In this document: positions 24,321 through 43,671 of the stretch, piece by piece
Numbering within the stretch: the stretch's first letter is position 1
Layout of the letters: each line of letters opens with the position of its first letter
From: Bigelowiella natans CCMP2755
Lineage: Eukaryota; Protista; Cercozoa
Length of the DNA: 50,487 bases
Assembly (NCBI GenBank): GCA_000320545.1
Contig: ADNK01000013.1
Coordinates: 1 to 50,487 of the forward strand
Reading direction: 5' to 3'
The notes under the pieces: generated by a model
What the model was told of the DNA's origin: nothing
The model's database searches: none
What the model saw: the letters and a program-made list of their open reading frames with translations, nothing else
Translations under genes and position numbers: made by a program

Positions 24321-25161
24321 TGAACTTGCGTTAAAACATGTACCAAATTGTGTCTCTGTAACAAATTTAGAGGATATCGTCAATCGCGTTAGGAAGAAGC
24401 ACGTGCTGTCGTGTTAATATAATCAATCCATGTGTATTTGCTTACATTTAATGGTCTTTCGACCGAGCTGGATCACGAATCGGGATCTTCATTCATCAAT
24501 CATGTCGTCAGCGTGTGTATGCCAATCATTTTCAACCCCGGAGCGCGATCATCATGATATGACATGTCATGAGAACTCTAGAACTGTCTAGCTCTCTGCG
24601 TAAGAGACAAAGAGGAAGCCACATGCGTGCGTGCCCTCAGTGACATGAAGTAGACCACTTTGGAATAAATTAAGGTGCAAACATTCAGACGCGTTAACAT
24701 AGCACGCTTGCCTCCGCCTGGCCTGCAGCAGGCACATGCGTCGCGAACTGAGCCTAGTACAGCATGTAACACTACTAGAACAAGGTAGCTACTGTGGGCT
24801 GAGTTGTAACTGTTGCAGTGCTAGCATCGACGTGATGTAGCAGCAGTCAATCAATGAGTTGTACTTGTTATCAATCGCCAAGCACACTGCATATCGCCTA
24901 CTATTGCGCTTCTGTGTTCAACTATCCCCAGCCTCGCCGCATGAAAGCGCTTTCATGCATGCACTATAAATGTGCGTGGAACAATGCAATATCGACACGT
25001 TATGCATATGAGTTCGCGTTAAAGATAACAATCTCTGCTATGTTACCGTATAGATGCTAGCATGGTATCTTGTAGTATCCCGAGTAGATGATCGCGGATG
25101 AAAATGTGATAAACGTTGGCTATAGCACCTTTTTGGCAATGTAGGAATTCAGCATGGCATG

Positions 25162-27070
25162 CTATAGCCCAGCAGCACATGCACAACCATCACTATCCCT
25201 CTCATATATATATGCAATGGTCGAATTGTCCATGGAAAAGGACGACGATGTTCCCGATGATACATATTCTTCTTGTTCTTGATCGTTGAAGCAATAAGGA
25301 ACCGGATCACTATCAATGGCGACTCCTGTGCCGCTCTTTACTCCTTCGCACACAAAGTATTGGCTTAAGCCACCTCGCTTTTCGAACCACTTGGACATGG
25401 TACCCGAGTACTTCGGGTCAACGACTTTCACACCCTCAAATCGAATATTCTCGATGGAGCTGAGTGCAAAAAAGAGTCAACTCAAAGGTCACGTCACAAC
25501 AGCATTAAAAAAATATAAATTCTCCCATCATCAATTACTCTTTCGAGCCTTTGATCATGCCAGCGGGGTAGGAAGGACGAACGATGGTGATATTCTTCAA
25601 CAAGATATCTCTGTAGTATTGACGATCGACAACGCCGCATCCACAGAAGTCGAGAAGCTTGTTTTCGTACTGAGGCCAGCATAAGCTGCAGGGATGTCCC
25701 TGCCAGAACTGAACGGAGTCAGATTGCTGTGCCGGTCCAATCCAAATGGGCCATCTGTGTGACAAATTGGAGGAAGAACAAGAAGAGGAAAGATACTGAG
25801 TCTTCACAAAAGTGAGAATGATTAAAGGTGATATCGTCCCAACTCTCAACTGGTTGATATAATAGAGTCATTTTTCTTCCAAGGGAGAACTCGGGGCGAA
25901 ATTTGTTGATTACTGTTCTGGCTCCTCCATGTAGATATTCTCGTAAGTGATATTCTCAATTAATCCGATGAGGTCGGGGCTAGACTTCGGACGGAATTTC
26001 ATGTAGATACCCTACAAATGTGGTTGTTTAAAATGAACGTTTTGTTGCTGGTTTTAGTACCAGAGACGCTCATCAGCTACCTTCACAGTGCGGTGCATGT
26101 TGATATCGCGGAATGTGATATTCCGTACATGCGCGTTGCATATGGACCCGATCGAAATCCCGAGGCCACTGGCATTGATCCTCTCAAAAACCATGTTTTC
26201 CGTCGTCCAGTGCTTCCCGTCATCTTTCACAGCAATGCAATCGTCTGTGATAGGATCAGTATTAGCAATGGAGTCGAGGATGTTCAGAATCGCCGAGCGT
26301 CCAAAACTAGGACAATATTTAAAACCTTGGTTCCAAATGTTGCAATCATGGATGTAAACATCTTTGCCAGCGACGTCGAAACCGTCCGTGTTGAATGCTG
26401 TGATATCCCCCTTCTTTGGGAATGGAAACAGCTTGTGGTTATCGTCATCGTTTATGCGAGCACTGATATCAGTGTAGCGCACCTATTTGATAGAAGATAT
26501 AAGGATTTGTACGATCTTTCCGTTATTACTATCGTAAGTAAGCGATTTTACCTCAAGAGAACTGATATTATGGGCCCAGAACGTCCAGTAGGCCGAATCC
26601 TTCAAGATAAGATTTTCTACAAGAATATTTGTAGAGTTGTAAATCTCAAAAAGCCTGGGCCTGTTCTCCCCGTACTCAGCATATCGGATCAATCCCCACC
26701 AAGCTTTTCCCTGACCGTCGAGTAGACCTTTTCCGCTCGATGTGAAAGTGATGTTCCTGCATTTCTCGAAGTAAAGGGCTGGAACACGTTTATCCCCATT
26801 TTTTGGCCATCTTCCGGTGTCATCAGAAAATTTTAGAGTTCCATTAAAACGAATAACAACATCGTTGAGTCCAACCCCAGATACTCCGCCCGCTAAGCAG
26901 TAAGTTTCGTTAGGGAAGCTTAACTCGTCTCCGGGCCCCAGCTTATTCAGCATTGCATTAAAAGTGTTCGTATTTTCCTCAACAACGTCATGCGAGCAGT
27001 CATTTGGCTTTCCAACGAAGGTCAAAGCCTGAGAGGTGAGGGCTAGAAGCGATAACGCAGGAAACCTCAT
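25162..27070 (-). CDS. Secreted glycoside hydrolase family 28 (polygalacturonase-like beta-helix)
   Basis: Signal MRFPALSLLALTSQA; GLLDGQGKAWW, RPRLF, DSAYWT, NTDGFDV, DDCIAVK, GLGISIGSI, GIYMKF; ends CACAAGL-TAG. Confidence 0.9.
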
Positions 27071-27675
27071 GCGTGTTGACAACCGAAGCAAAGAGGAAAG
27101 GGGAGCGGCAGAAACAAGAGGAGCGGCGGAAACACGAAGGGGGGTTCAGATGTGTTGGAGGAGGAAGAAGAATCCCGGGACCTCCCGCTACAACCGGATG
27201 TAATATCGATTGACAAAAATCCACACTACTTTTACTTTGCGACAATCTAATATTATGTCGCAGATTATGCTCGGGGTGGAGGTGAGACAGGAGAGTCACT
27301 GGGAAATATTCTTCTACGACAAGCCGTTCCAAGCTTTTTACGGATACGAATACCAGTATACAGCTGGACCTCATCCAGTGTGAGCATTGTTCTCGTATCT
27401 GGATGTCGTGGCGAGAGAGGAAGGCGCAATGGGAGGACCAAGAACTCAAGCGGCGGAGAGACATGTACTTCGAGGTGTGTGGCCAAGGAATCCTAGATGG
27501 TGAGACATTTCAAAAATTATTCCTCACTTTTTAAAAAACGATAAAAGATTATGCGTATCAGAATGGCATGTGTCGACTGATGAGGATGTTGCCGAAGAGT
27601 ACTTTGCAGAAGAGCCCCCTCCGGTCTGTGTCACTAATGATTATTGTATGCATTTAATTTTTGACAATATTTGAG

Positions 27676-28701
27676 AAAATGGACATTCCACAGCCGACTG
27701 AGCACCCCCGAGATGTATGGCGACGAGAGCGCATGGATCTGGAACATTTTCTGGGATATAAAGCCCAAACACACGTATACTGGTGTGAGACGGAAGTTGA
27801 AGGCCGTATATGTATATTATATAAGCTTCGGACTCTCAAGATCTTAAATTCTAAGGATGAATTCCTATTTGGAACGATTATGGAGAAAACTCATCCCAAT
27901 TTCGCAAATTGGAGGGACTTCTGTGGTTGTCCTGAATGCAGCGCGAGGAAATCAGCAGCAATAATGAATTGTAGAGATACTTTGTTGAATACGGAGCATT
28001 TAATATCTTACATTATGTTTCCGGCCGAACGAGAAAAACAGTTTGTGCAGTACATTTCCTTTGGCGAGAATTCATTCAACGGAGAGGTAAACCTCGCCGA
28101 GGAAGGTAAAATAGTGAGGGGCAGGGATACTGAGCTGAGCCAAGGGCACAAAGTATTTGAAATCCATAAAGTGCTCGTAAAATTTCTTTCAGAGGTTGGG
28201 CTTTCCCTCGCATCTCCTCGGGAAATCTCTCTGCTGAATTATCTAGGTGGTTTTCCAGCTAGCAATGACTACAAGTCAGTTATGGCAGAACTGGTCCGTC
28301 GCGAAAAACAAGAGGGCGAAATTGTTAAGGGACAAGCATTCGATGGGAAGTCACATGTGAAGAAAAATGATGGAGCTCTTCTACGCAAAGATGATTCCAC
28401 CATGAGAGCTCTGTCGATAACGCTATCCCCTTGGATACAAGCAAGTTTGAAGCATCGATCTTCCATTGACATTGTAATGCAACGAATGGCGAAGTATCTA
28501 AAAGTAACGAAGATCGTTGCGTCTCTCAGACGCATTGTGGTTGAGTATTACGCAGATTTTGGAACTCTTGCTTTACTAAAAGAAGCAAATCACCGTCGAA
28601 AAGGATCCAAGAGTAGATCGCGATCGCGATCGAAGGGGAAGAGAGGTTCTCGCAAACCGAATCATAGCAAGAGGAATGCATTCGGAGATGAAAATGAATG
28701 A
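27676..28701 (+). CDS. Intronless hypothetical protein (~341 aa) with a basic SR-rich tail
   Basis: 1-kb uninterrupted ORF of normal complexity; CGCPEC motif; RRKGSKSRSRSRSKGKR tail. Confidence 0.65.
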   Translation, partial: KMDIPQPTEHPRDVWRRERMDLEHFLGYKAQTHVYWCETEVEGRICILYKLRTLKILNSKDEFLFGTIMEKTHPNFANWRDFCGCPECSARKSAAIMNCRDTLLNTEHLISYIMFPAEREKQFVQYISFGENSFNGEVNLAEEGKIVRGRDTELSQGHKVFEIHKVLVKFLSEVGLSLASPREISLLNYLGGFPASNDYKSVMAELVRREKQEGEIVKGQAFDGKSHVKKNDGALLRKDDSTMRALSITLSPWIQASLKHRSSIDIVMQRMAKYLKVTKIVASLRRIVVEYYADFGTLALLKEANHRRKGSKSRSRSRSKGKRGSRKPNHSKRNAFGDENE

Positions 28702-28929
28702 AAGATGCGAAAGTAGAAATCGCAGAAAATGATGCTGTTTCAAAGTTTCATGTGTGCATCATGGTCTCAGCTTGTCAAATCCGCCTGCAGCTACGCTCTA
28801 GCGCTTGCTATTCATGCTTGCATCCACATATAGCTGCATGTGCAAGGTGAGCGCATGATGTGTCTCACACCAAGTGCTCAACGTCACGTGTAGCAGATCA
28901 TCGAGCAACATGCATGCATTACATGTTTC

Positions 28930-29650
28930 CGATCTCTAGATCTGCCACCATGCGGTGCAATGGTCGATGCGCTCCAGTGTTGTTGACGACGCTCTCAAGT
29001 GCTCGCAATGCCGTGCCGCAGCCGTTGGCAACTGAACTGCCGCTTGAGTGCACCCGACCAACCGGCATGTTGACATGACTGTGCCGGTGATCCCGGGGTG
29101 CAGCACAAACACAACATGCGCACGCGCTTTTGCACACGTGCCTGCCTCGCAATTGTATGAAAAGTCATCAAACGCTCAACACGACTGTGGTTGCTTGCTC
29201 ACTCACAACCCGCATGCACCCATGCAAGCCACACTAGCACACCTTCAAACATCCAGCTACCAGCAAATCTGTCCGCGAGCAGTCGTGCAACTAGCTAGCG
29301 TGGACATGCTAGCAATGCGCCTCGATGCACCGCATGCACACGTGCATGCATGGATGTCACGTTGAGCAATGTTGCGCATGTCCAGAATGTCCAGATCTGG
29401 AGATGTGCGCAGCAACACGTCGCGCGCATGCAATGCCTAGCTGGATGTGTTGCACAACAAGGTGTGTTTGTGCACTCACGCACAGTTGAACAACTTCAGA
29501 GGACAAACTGAACGTGCACGCTGTCGTGACAGGTCGACGCTTTTCAAGAGCTTGGCATTTTTGACATGGAAGCCCGACAGCTGTGCGGAGGCGCATGCGG
29601 CGTTTTCTAGTTTTGCCATGCGATGTGCAAACCTAGTGATGCATGACAAA
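28930..29650. other. TpA-depleted tract C (core)
   Basis: 10 TpA in ~720 nt, 8 of them CTAG; depletion continues more weakly to ~29935. Confidence 0.85.
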
Positions 29651-29994
29651 CGTAATGATTGACGCATTTCGAATAGGCGACACCTGGAGGGAAGTGAAGA
29701 GTCGGCGCGCGCGTCACTGTTTGCTCCAAAACCACGTCCAAGGTCCAGCGTGGCTTGACAAGCCAGCAACAAATGCTGCAAAGTCGTGTCTTGACAAGCA
29801 TTGCACAAGAGGCACGCATTCTAAAGCGAAAAATTTGGCCTCCAATTGTTGGCCCCAGCACAGCTCGATCAAGAATCGAGAGGCAAAAGAGAGGAGGAGG
29901 AGGAGGAGGAGGAGGAGGAGGAGGAGCGCCGACACATTAGTGCCGGTATTTAAAGGGTAATAACGGGTAACAACGGGAATCACACCCCCTTCCG

Positions 29995-31264
29995 ATGGAC
30001 CACGCCCCCTCCACTCTGCTGCTCCTCTTAGTCGTCCTCGCCGCTTTCCCCGCTTTGATCGCGGGCAGGGTGGCAAGGAGAGTCCCTCCAACTTCCAGAT
30101 GTATGACAAAGAGGTTATCTGCTGGCTACAGGAAGCTCCATCCGGTGAGGACCTTGGTGAGGTGCGAAGAAAGAGATGCACCGACCACGTCGACAGCAAA
30201 GCGTCCAACGGAGAAGAAGGTTTCGGAAGTCTTGCATGCTTTTCGCTCCCTAATTCAGTCTTGGTACGTTCATAGACGATATCTGAGCTGGATACCGCGC
30301 CAGATGGCATTGCATTTGCGCTCACGAGAAGGTGTCCTCGCGGAGATGTATCAAACGTTTCTGTCTACTTCGAAAATAACCGCGTTGCTCGCGCCAGGTT
30401 TGGACTTGCAGGGGGACTCGCTTGGCTAGGATTCCTCACCTTCGGGTAATGATCAAAACGATCGTTGGACAATTGCTGAAACGTTCATCACTAAAAACAA
30501 TGTCTAACATTGATGTTGTCATTATCTTCAGGGTCGTTAGCGAACAAGTGAAAACACGAACTGAAGTTAAGGCCATCAACGAGGGAGCAATCCAGGTTAA
30601 TTAAGAATTAATCTTAAAGCGGTTATAGTGGGAAGGTAAAGGAATGCCAGATGGCATAACGTATTGATTTGCTTACATGTGAAGAGTTCCCTCTCGTTGA
30701 AAATAGTTTTCTCCAGGTTGATGCCCCAGAAGTGCTTTTACCCTCTGGTTTGAAAGTACAGGATCTTCGTCTAGGTGGAGGGGATGCGGGGTCAGTTCAT
30801 CACCGAGAGACATCGAGAGTGCTGAGAAGCAAGATAAAGAATATTTCCTCATTGTAACCGGACTTCTACCTTAGGTGTGGCATTTTGGGGAGAACTTCCG
30901 GTGAAAAGGGCTGTGGCGAACCGCGGAGAGGTGTATACTCCCTAAGCTTTCTAAATCAGTTACCATCGTCATCACCACCATCACCGTTACCATCATCATC
31001 ATCTTCTTCTTCTTCAGGCGACTTGGTGACCATTGCTTTTGACGGTTTGTTGGATGATGGAACATCTTTCGCAAGTCAGAAGAGGTACTTTGTCTAAATG
31101 CATCTAAACATCCATGTAATGTCTTCTGGGGGAAAATGCTGTGCTGCAACGAATGGTGTATTAGGGAGATAAGTTTCGTGTATGGGAATAGACCCAACGA
31201 AGCAGCTGGAATAAGCCGAGGTAAATAGATATAATTTATCATAAATATAGTAATGTACGTCTAA

Positions 31265-31342
<78 letters not shown>

Positions 31343-31859
31343 AAACCATGCACTCAATAGGGTTGCTGGAAGGGATCTCAACGATGACTCAGGGAGGTGT
31401 GCGACAGGTCAATCATGCATAAATATTTCTATTGTGTGCGTTGCTTATCGTTCTCCATTTTTATATGTTAATACGGGCTCGTCTAGTCACATTATTGTAT
31501 CTTCACCACTCTGGTATCATTTATGCTGCTGCTTATAGATCACCGTACCTGCGGACCTCGGGTTTGGAGATAAGGAAGGTGAGAGAACAAGATCATAGGA
31601 AAGAAGAAGAAGAAGAAGAAGAAGAAGAAGAAGAAGCGCATGAGTGGAGAGAAAAAGAAGGGTGACCGAGCAAGATGTACTAACATATTTCTCATCGTCT
31701 TGACTCTACCGCTTTTGGCCCCCACATGTGATTTGATTTTCTCTCATCATTACATTACATTGCATACCAGTCGAGACCGCCTCTGGAGTGAAGATCCCAG
31801 CAGGATCTACTTTGAGGTATAATGTAAAGTTGAAACGAGTTAGCGTTGCCCCGAGCTAA
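29995..31859 (+). CDS. FKBP16-3: Plastid-targeted FKBP-type peptidyl-prolyl isomerase, FKBP16-3-like, with bipartite leader
   Basis: Signal peptide MDHAPSTLLLLLVVLAAFPALIAG plus an Arg/Ser-rich transit-like segment; GVVSEQVKTRTE, LPSGLKVQDLRLGGG, GDLVTI, FVYGNRP, EGISTMTQGG, ITVPADLGFG, IPAGSTLRYNVKLKRVSVAPS-TAA. Confidence 0.82.
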
Positions 31860-32453
31860 TGGAATACAGAAGGGCCACTACTTGCTTTTTTGCTACGGCC
31901 ATCTACGCAAGGAGCAGCTAGTGTTGTGCATAGAATTTAACGCTGTAAGCAAGCAGATGATGACACTATGTGCTAGGGCAAACATAATGCCGCTGCCAGG
32001 CCGAATGCTCGTCGCGCGCAAATTGTTGCTAGCTGCATGTGATGCTGGCAAAAACTCGAGCGCGCCGAGGTGCGGACGCAAGCAACATCATTGTGCGGCA
32101 ACAAAGGCTTGTGTTGAAGTATAGATCGGCACAGCGTGCATCTAATAAGCGCTAAAAGGCTGTGACCGCACATGCATCACACATGCAGCATCTAGCTTGC
32201 AGCTAACGCGAGCACATTGTGATGCTGGCTTCCCTGATGGCATTGATGATATATAGATGTGCAAAGCATGTGAATTGTACATTATCATAGTATGCCGCAC
32301 GAACCCAGACGCAAGCTTCATTTTGTGCATTTCTCCCCCATTCATTACGGAACCTACAAATCTATGTTTAGATAAAGCAGTCGACTATTATCTAGCCGCA
32401 GCCATAATGAGCTGCATGTGCACTAAGCAGTAGAAATTGCTTAAATGTAGACC

Positions 32454-32484
<31 letters not shown>

Positions 32485-32494
32485 AGTGATGGCG

Positions 32495-39005
<6,511 letters not shown>

Positions 39006-39880
39006 TTTCCTCCCAACTCTGTACCAGCATTTCGTCAATTTGGGCGCGGTCAGCGCAGCGTTAGCGTGACATCATAGCAACGCGGTGACGATCAATTGTG
39101 AATGTGCAGGCCTACTACGATGACGAATATACGGTCTACTATAATGGAGATATTGCCTACTAGCGGCATCAGTTGATACCACTGTGTGAATTCGTCGGAC
39201 TGGGTGTCGGTCGGGTGACACACACACACACACACACACACACCACACAAAGAACGCGAAAGGAAGGAAGGTGGGGGCGTTCTGATGCTTCGTGTTCGAA
39301 GAAGCAGATCCGAGTTACGAATAGGAACCCAAAAGATGCTAATAAATACAGGGGATTATACCTCAGCGTCATGCAATTTTGATTGAAAACCGCCTTGACT
39401 CCAATGCTTCCGGGAAGTACAGATTTCATCGAGGATATTACCACCACAGGCAGACTGAATGAAACACTTTGCGCTGATATTGTGACGACATGACCCATTT
39501 CATGTCGTAACTATAAAAACAATGTCGTTCCTTTCGATTTATCACAAAGCAGATTCCGCCCCGCCCCCGGCACCGCTAACGTGGCGCAGCAGTGAAATAA
39601 AACGCAACCCATCTATGGGCCTCCAGAAGTAGTAGCAGCAATCGGAGATTTATTGCTTAGATTGAGTTTCCTCTGGGAAAATCGACTTTCGTTCTAGTAG
39701 GGAATGGCGGCTCGCCGTAAACGCAAGGAATGCTGTTCAGCAGAGGTGGTGTCTCTTTTTATATTTATTCATAGGCTGACCTGTTTCACAGACGATGCAA
39801 TTCTGCAGGCTCATATACAGAACACCGATATCGCGTCTCGCTCGCGAGGCTTCATTTTCAGGTTGGTCGTCAATACTAAA

Positions 39881-40866
39881 ATGAACAAGGTTAAGTGTCT
39901 GAGGACGCTCTTTTTCATCAGCATATTGATAGGGGCCTTCATCCTCTGCTGCCTCAACGGAAACCTGGATGCAAATCGAACGTGGCCCGCGAGCAACCAG
40001 CATCTTGGAAAGGTAATCATCCACAAAGATTTTGCCAAAGTGGATCCAAGAAAGAAACACTTCCGCGGCGTGTTCGTTGGATACCGGAGAAGCAAAGCGA
40101 GGCAATACCCCCAGTTTGCTTTGCTTCAAATTGACGGCTGTACAAATAAGGAAGATGCGCGCTATTTCTTGGGGAAAAAGGTATGGACGTTCGCGTGATC
40201 TGTTAATTTTGAAGCATGCCTGAAACAACTCCTGGTTTAGCGCTCGATGATTTGTCTGGATTCTAATCATCCTGGAATTATATCTTTGTTCAGTGTGCAT
40301 ACATCTATAAAGCTAAAACTAAAAAGAAAGGAAGCTTATATCGGTGAGCACGCAGAGATTGGAATTATATATCAAACATTTTCTTTCAAAATATATTGTT
40401 TCCGAACATTGCTCCGAATTCTCAAATCCTCCTCCGTTTTGGCGGATTTTTATAATGCAATGGTCAGATGCATGTGGGGTAAAGTTGTAAAGACTCATGG
40501 AAATGGAGGCACAGTGCGAGCTACGTTCAAAAAGAATCTTCCCACCTCGGCTTTATACAAGACAGTGAGGGTATTGTTCAGATGAAAGTTTATTCAAATG
40601 AAAGTAGAGAGAATGCTGTTGAAAACATAACTGAGAAAATGATTCAAATTTCATAAAAGGTTATGAGGTATCCAGATAAGGAGAATGACGTGTCGAAAAA
40701 TCCATACAACGTCGAAGACTACAATTCTACACATTTTACAGTGAGACATAGCAATGATCATCAGCCACCGAAGAGATGGTTTTGGCCAGAATTGTGGCTT
40801 CCGTTTATGAGTAATGATGGGACCGAAAAATTCCAACTTCCGTTCAAGTTCAAGTTAGGGAAATAA
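39881..40866 (+). CDS. RPL35A: 60S ribosomal protein L35a (eL33) with N-terminal signal/targeting peptide and C-terminal extension
   Basis: GVFVGYRRSKARQYPQFALLQIDGCTNKEDARYFLGKK and RCMWGKVVKTHGNGGTVRATFKKNLP..VR|VMRYP are eL33 motifs. Leader LFFISILIGAFILCCLNG; an alternative in-frame ATG lies at 39704. Confidence 0.88.
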
Positions 40867-41595
40867 TATGCGATACCATGCCACTGACTGATCTTTTGCC
40901 ACCATCATCAAGATGCATTTCTTGTGTTCCTAAGTACGTATCGCAAGATGTCACTGCTGTCATGCGTATTGACAGATTGAATCGCCACGTTGCTTCCATG
41001 TTCACAATGAATTTAAACGCTTCGATGCAGCACAATAGCTACGAGCAACAGATGTGAAAACCTCTAGGAACGGCACCGCGCTAGGATTTGCAATGTACCA
41101 AATCATTTGATGTGTATGCTTAATCGCAGAAACTAACAAAAACGTAAGGCAACATTAGCGCTGCAGACGCCGCATTACATAGCTGTATTGGGATGACTAC
41201 TGAAATTTTTATTTAATTTATTACATCCGTCTAGCCGTCTCAAATGTCATGTGCGCGACGGCAATCGTTGATGCTGTACACTGTCCATGGCTAATGTACC
41301 ATGTCTGCGCGTGTGTGCAGTGTGCAGTGCATGAATACGATGTACACGCAATGGATGTGCGTGCACTGTATATAGGATGTGCACTGTGTCATGCACATGC
41401 AGGATGTTGTCGTATGGTGATATATGATAGCAAGTTGGACATAGCAAAGCAGTGGCATCGCACAAATAGCCAATACATCGGTATTTTCTAGTAACACATA
41501 GTTCTTTTTATATCATTATTGTTGTATTGGGCTTCCTAGCTTCTCTGCGACAAATATCAAAACCCAGAATCCACTCTACGAGTTTTGATCGAATG

Positions 41596-43671
41596 CTATG
41601 ATTTCCAACTTCTTATAAGTTCCCGTGACCTAAGATCAGCCTGGCGGACAGGCTCTGGGATACGAGTAATGGAACAGCGAGTAACCTGATAAGTGGTAAT
41701 CAAATGAGGGAAAATCGAGTATGGGTTAAGATTAGATCAATCAAGATTGCCAATTTGCTCTATTGCTGTAAACCAAAGCACATACCACTTGTCGAGCAGT
41801 TTCCAGACTCACTCCGTGTCCAATGCTGCGGTTGACACAGGTGAAACGACTGCATCAATGGATAACTTCCAGACGCGACGCCATTCTCCTCTCTCCCTCT
41901 CTCCTTATCCCCCTTTCTTCAGTTTAAAGTATCTGTGCCAGCATACAGCTATTTCCCTAAGTTTCTTCTTTTCTTTCATATTTGCGGTATCCTTCATTCT
42001 TACCTGACGTATATCGGCTTGGTTGACTTTTCCGTTGTCTGCAGCGCAATTCCTATGCAACCGTGCACAATAACATCAGCGTTGCGTCAAGCTTTGTGCG
42101 CACAAAATCTGCTGCAAAAAAACCATGGATGGTCGACGATTTTCCTCTGAGGACAGTGAAGCATCGTTTCCCCTCCTTCACCTGCAATGTTTTGACTGAA
42201 TCCCAAGAATATGTGATCTAAAGGGAAAAGTACCTCTCTCTTAAAATCTCGTTCGACTTCGTGACGCATCAAGCTGCAATGATATAGTGTTCATCATCAT
42301 CATCATCTATAAGTGTGTGTTTTCTCTCTAGTTGTGCTCCACTAGTGGAAGTGTTGCTATGAGAAAAACACAATCGTTTGTCCGTTCTGCAACAGAGGTA
42401 TCGGGCTGGCTTTAAGGTCTACCCATCGATGGAGTGCAGATTCTTTCCGATCCCTATCGTCGGGGATCCTATTATATTCAATAATACAGTATCAATCTTA
42501 CCCTCACACACAAAAATAATGCCTTAATCATTCATATTTGTAAATCATATTCGGCTCCGCACCAGTTATCACGCCTAAGTGTGATGCAAGGCCAAAGCCG
42601 CGGGGATGAAGAACACCTACCACCAGTGTGTGACTCTTAGTTCCAAGTATTTTAATTCGAGGCGTTGATGATGGTGATGATGATGATGAGATACAATCGA
42701 CAATTTTGTTCACAACCATTTCCGTCTACTAGGGTGACTTGGGGGTAGAGTTCAGGATTCTCCCTCTGATGATGGGAAGAAATAAACCGTCACGACTACA
42801 TGATGGACAACTTCCAGCTCGCAAGAAGTAAGTAAGTAAAGACCCGAAGTTTTCCCAGAAGATTCGCCAGAACGTCTACCTCTCGAAATGCGAGAAATCC
42901 TGTTTGAAAACAGTTGCATCTCTTCACGGAATTGTGCTGAACGCCATGAAGCTGCTGCGATGCTACTACCCGCGATATATGGATTGATCATTCGGACTTT
43001 CTGGAAATCCGTGTAGACCACCTGTTCAGTTTTGTGGACTGAGTTTTATGGTGAGTGCATGCAGTGAGATTCACCATTGGCAACCTTGAGCGTTCGAAAA
43101 TCCAGAACAACAAGGGATGCAAGAGCCTGATCAGCGGTGGATTCTCATCATCACGCATGTAAAGTAGGTCGTCGTCGTCATAACTAACAGGTGATGAGTG
43201 ACAGCGGTGGAATACTTACTTCGTCTGAACCTTTGAGAAAAGATATATCGACTCCTCCAACTCGTAGAAGAGGCTCGCAAGGCGTATCTTCTTTACATTT
43301 CGCATCGCTCCCTTGATCCGTTTCCTTTATCTTTTCTCCCTCAAAGATCCAACGAGTGATGTCAGTTTTGACAAGCTTTTGTTTCAACTTCTCTTGCTCC
43401 CTGAGTCCATTGTTTTTCATGTTACATGAGTCTTTGCGAAATGTTGCAAATGTCTAAACCTTTCCCAAAGATCTCTGTAGTAGCTGAGCCTTCGCAACTC
43501 GCCCAGGCTCTGCAAAACCAGTTAGCTCAAGCCTCTCTAGCTTCTTAAGAGATCTTCATCGCTAAATACTACCTTCTGCCTTTTCAGAAAAAGGAAACCG
43601 CCTACGATCACGCATCCGGTGGCCAAGGCAGACAGAATTCCAGCGCGAAGCGCGGGCGTGTCTCCCCCCAT
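41596..43671 (-). CDS. ENDOV: Endonuclease V (inosine-specific nuclease) with an N-terminal hydrophobic anchor
   Basis: W.REQEKL, RVGGVDISF, PYIAG..FREE, DGNG|.LHPRGFGLASHLGV, IGIGKNL, KPIYV, RIPEPVRQADLRSRE; ends WKS-TAG. Confidence 0.9.

Noticed and set aside
28930-29935. Transposable element in the odd-composition spacers
   Set aside because: No terminal repeats, target-site duplications or transposase/RT remnants were recognisable; an old degraded element cannot be excluded.
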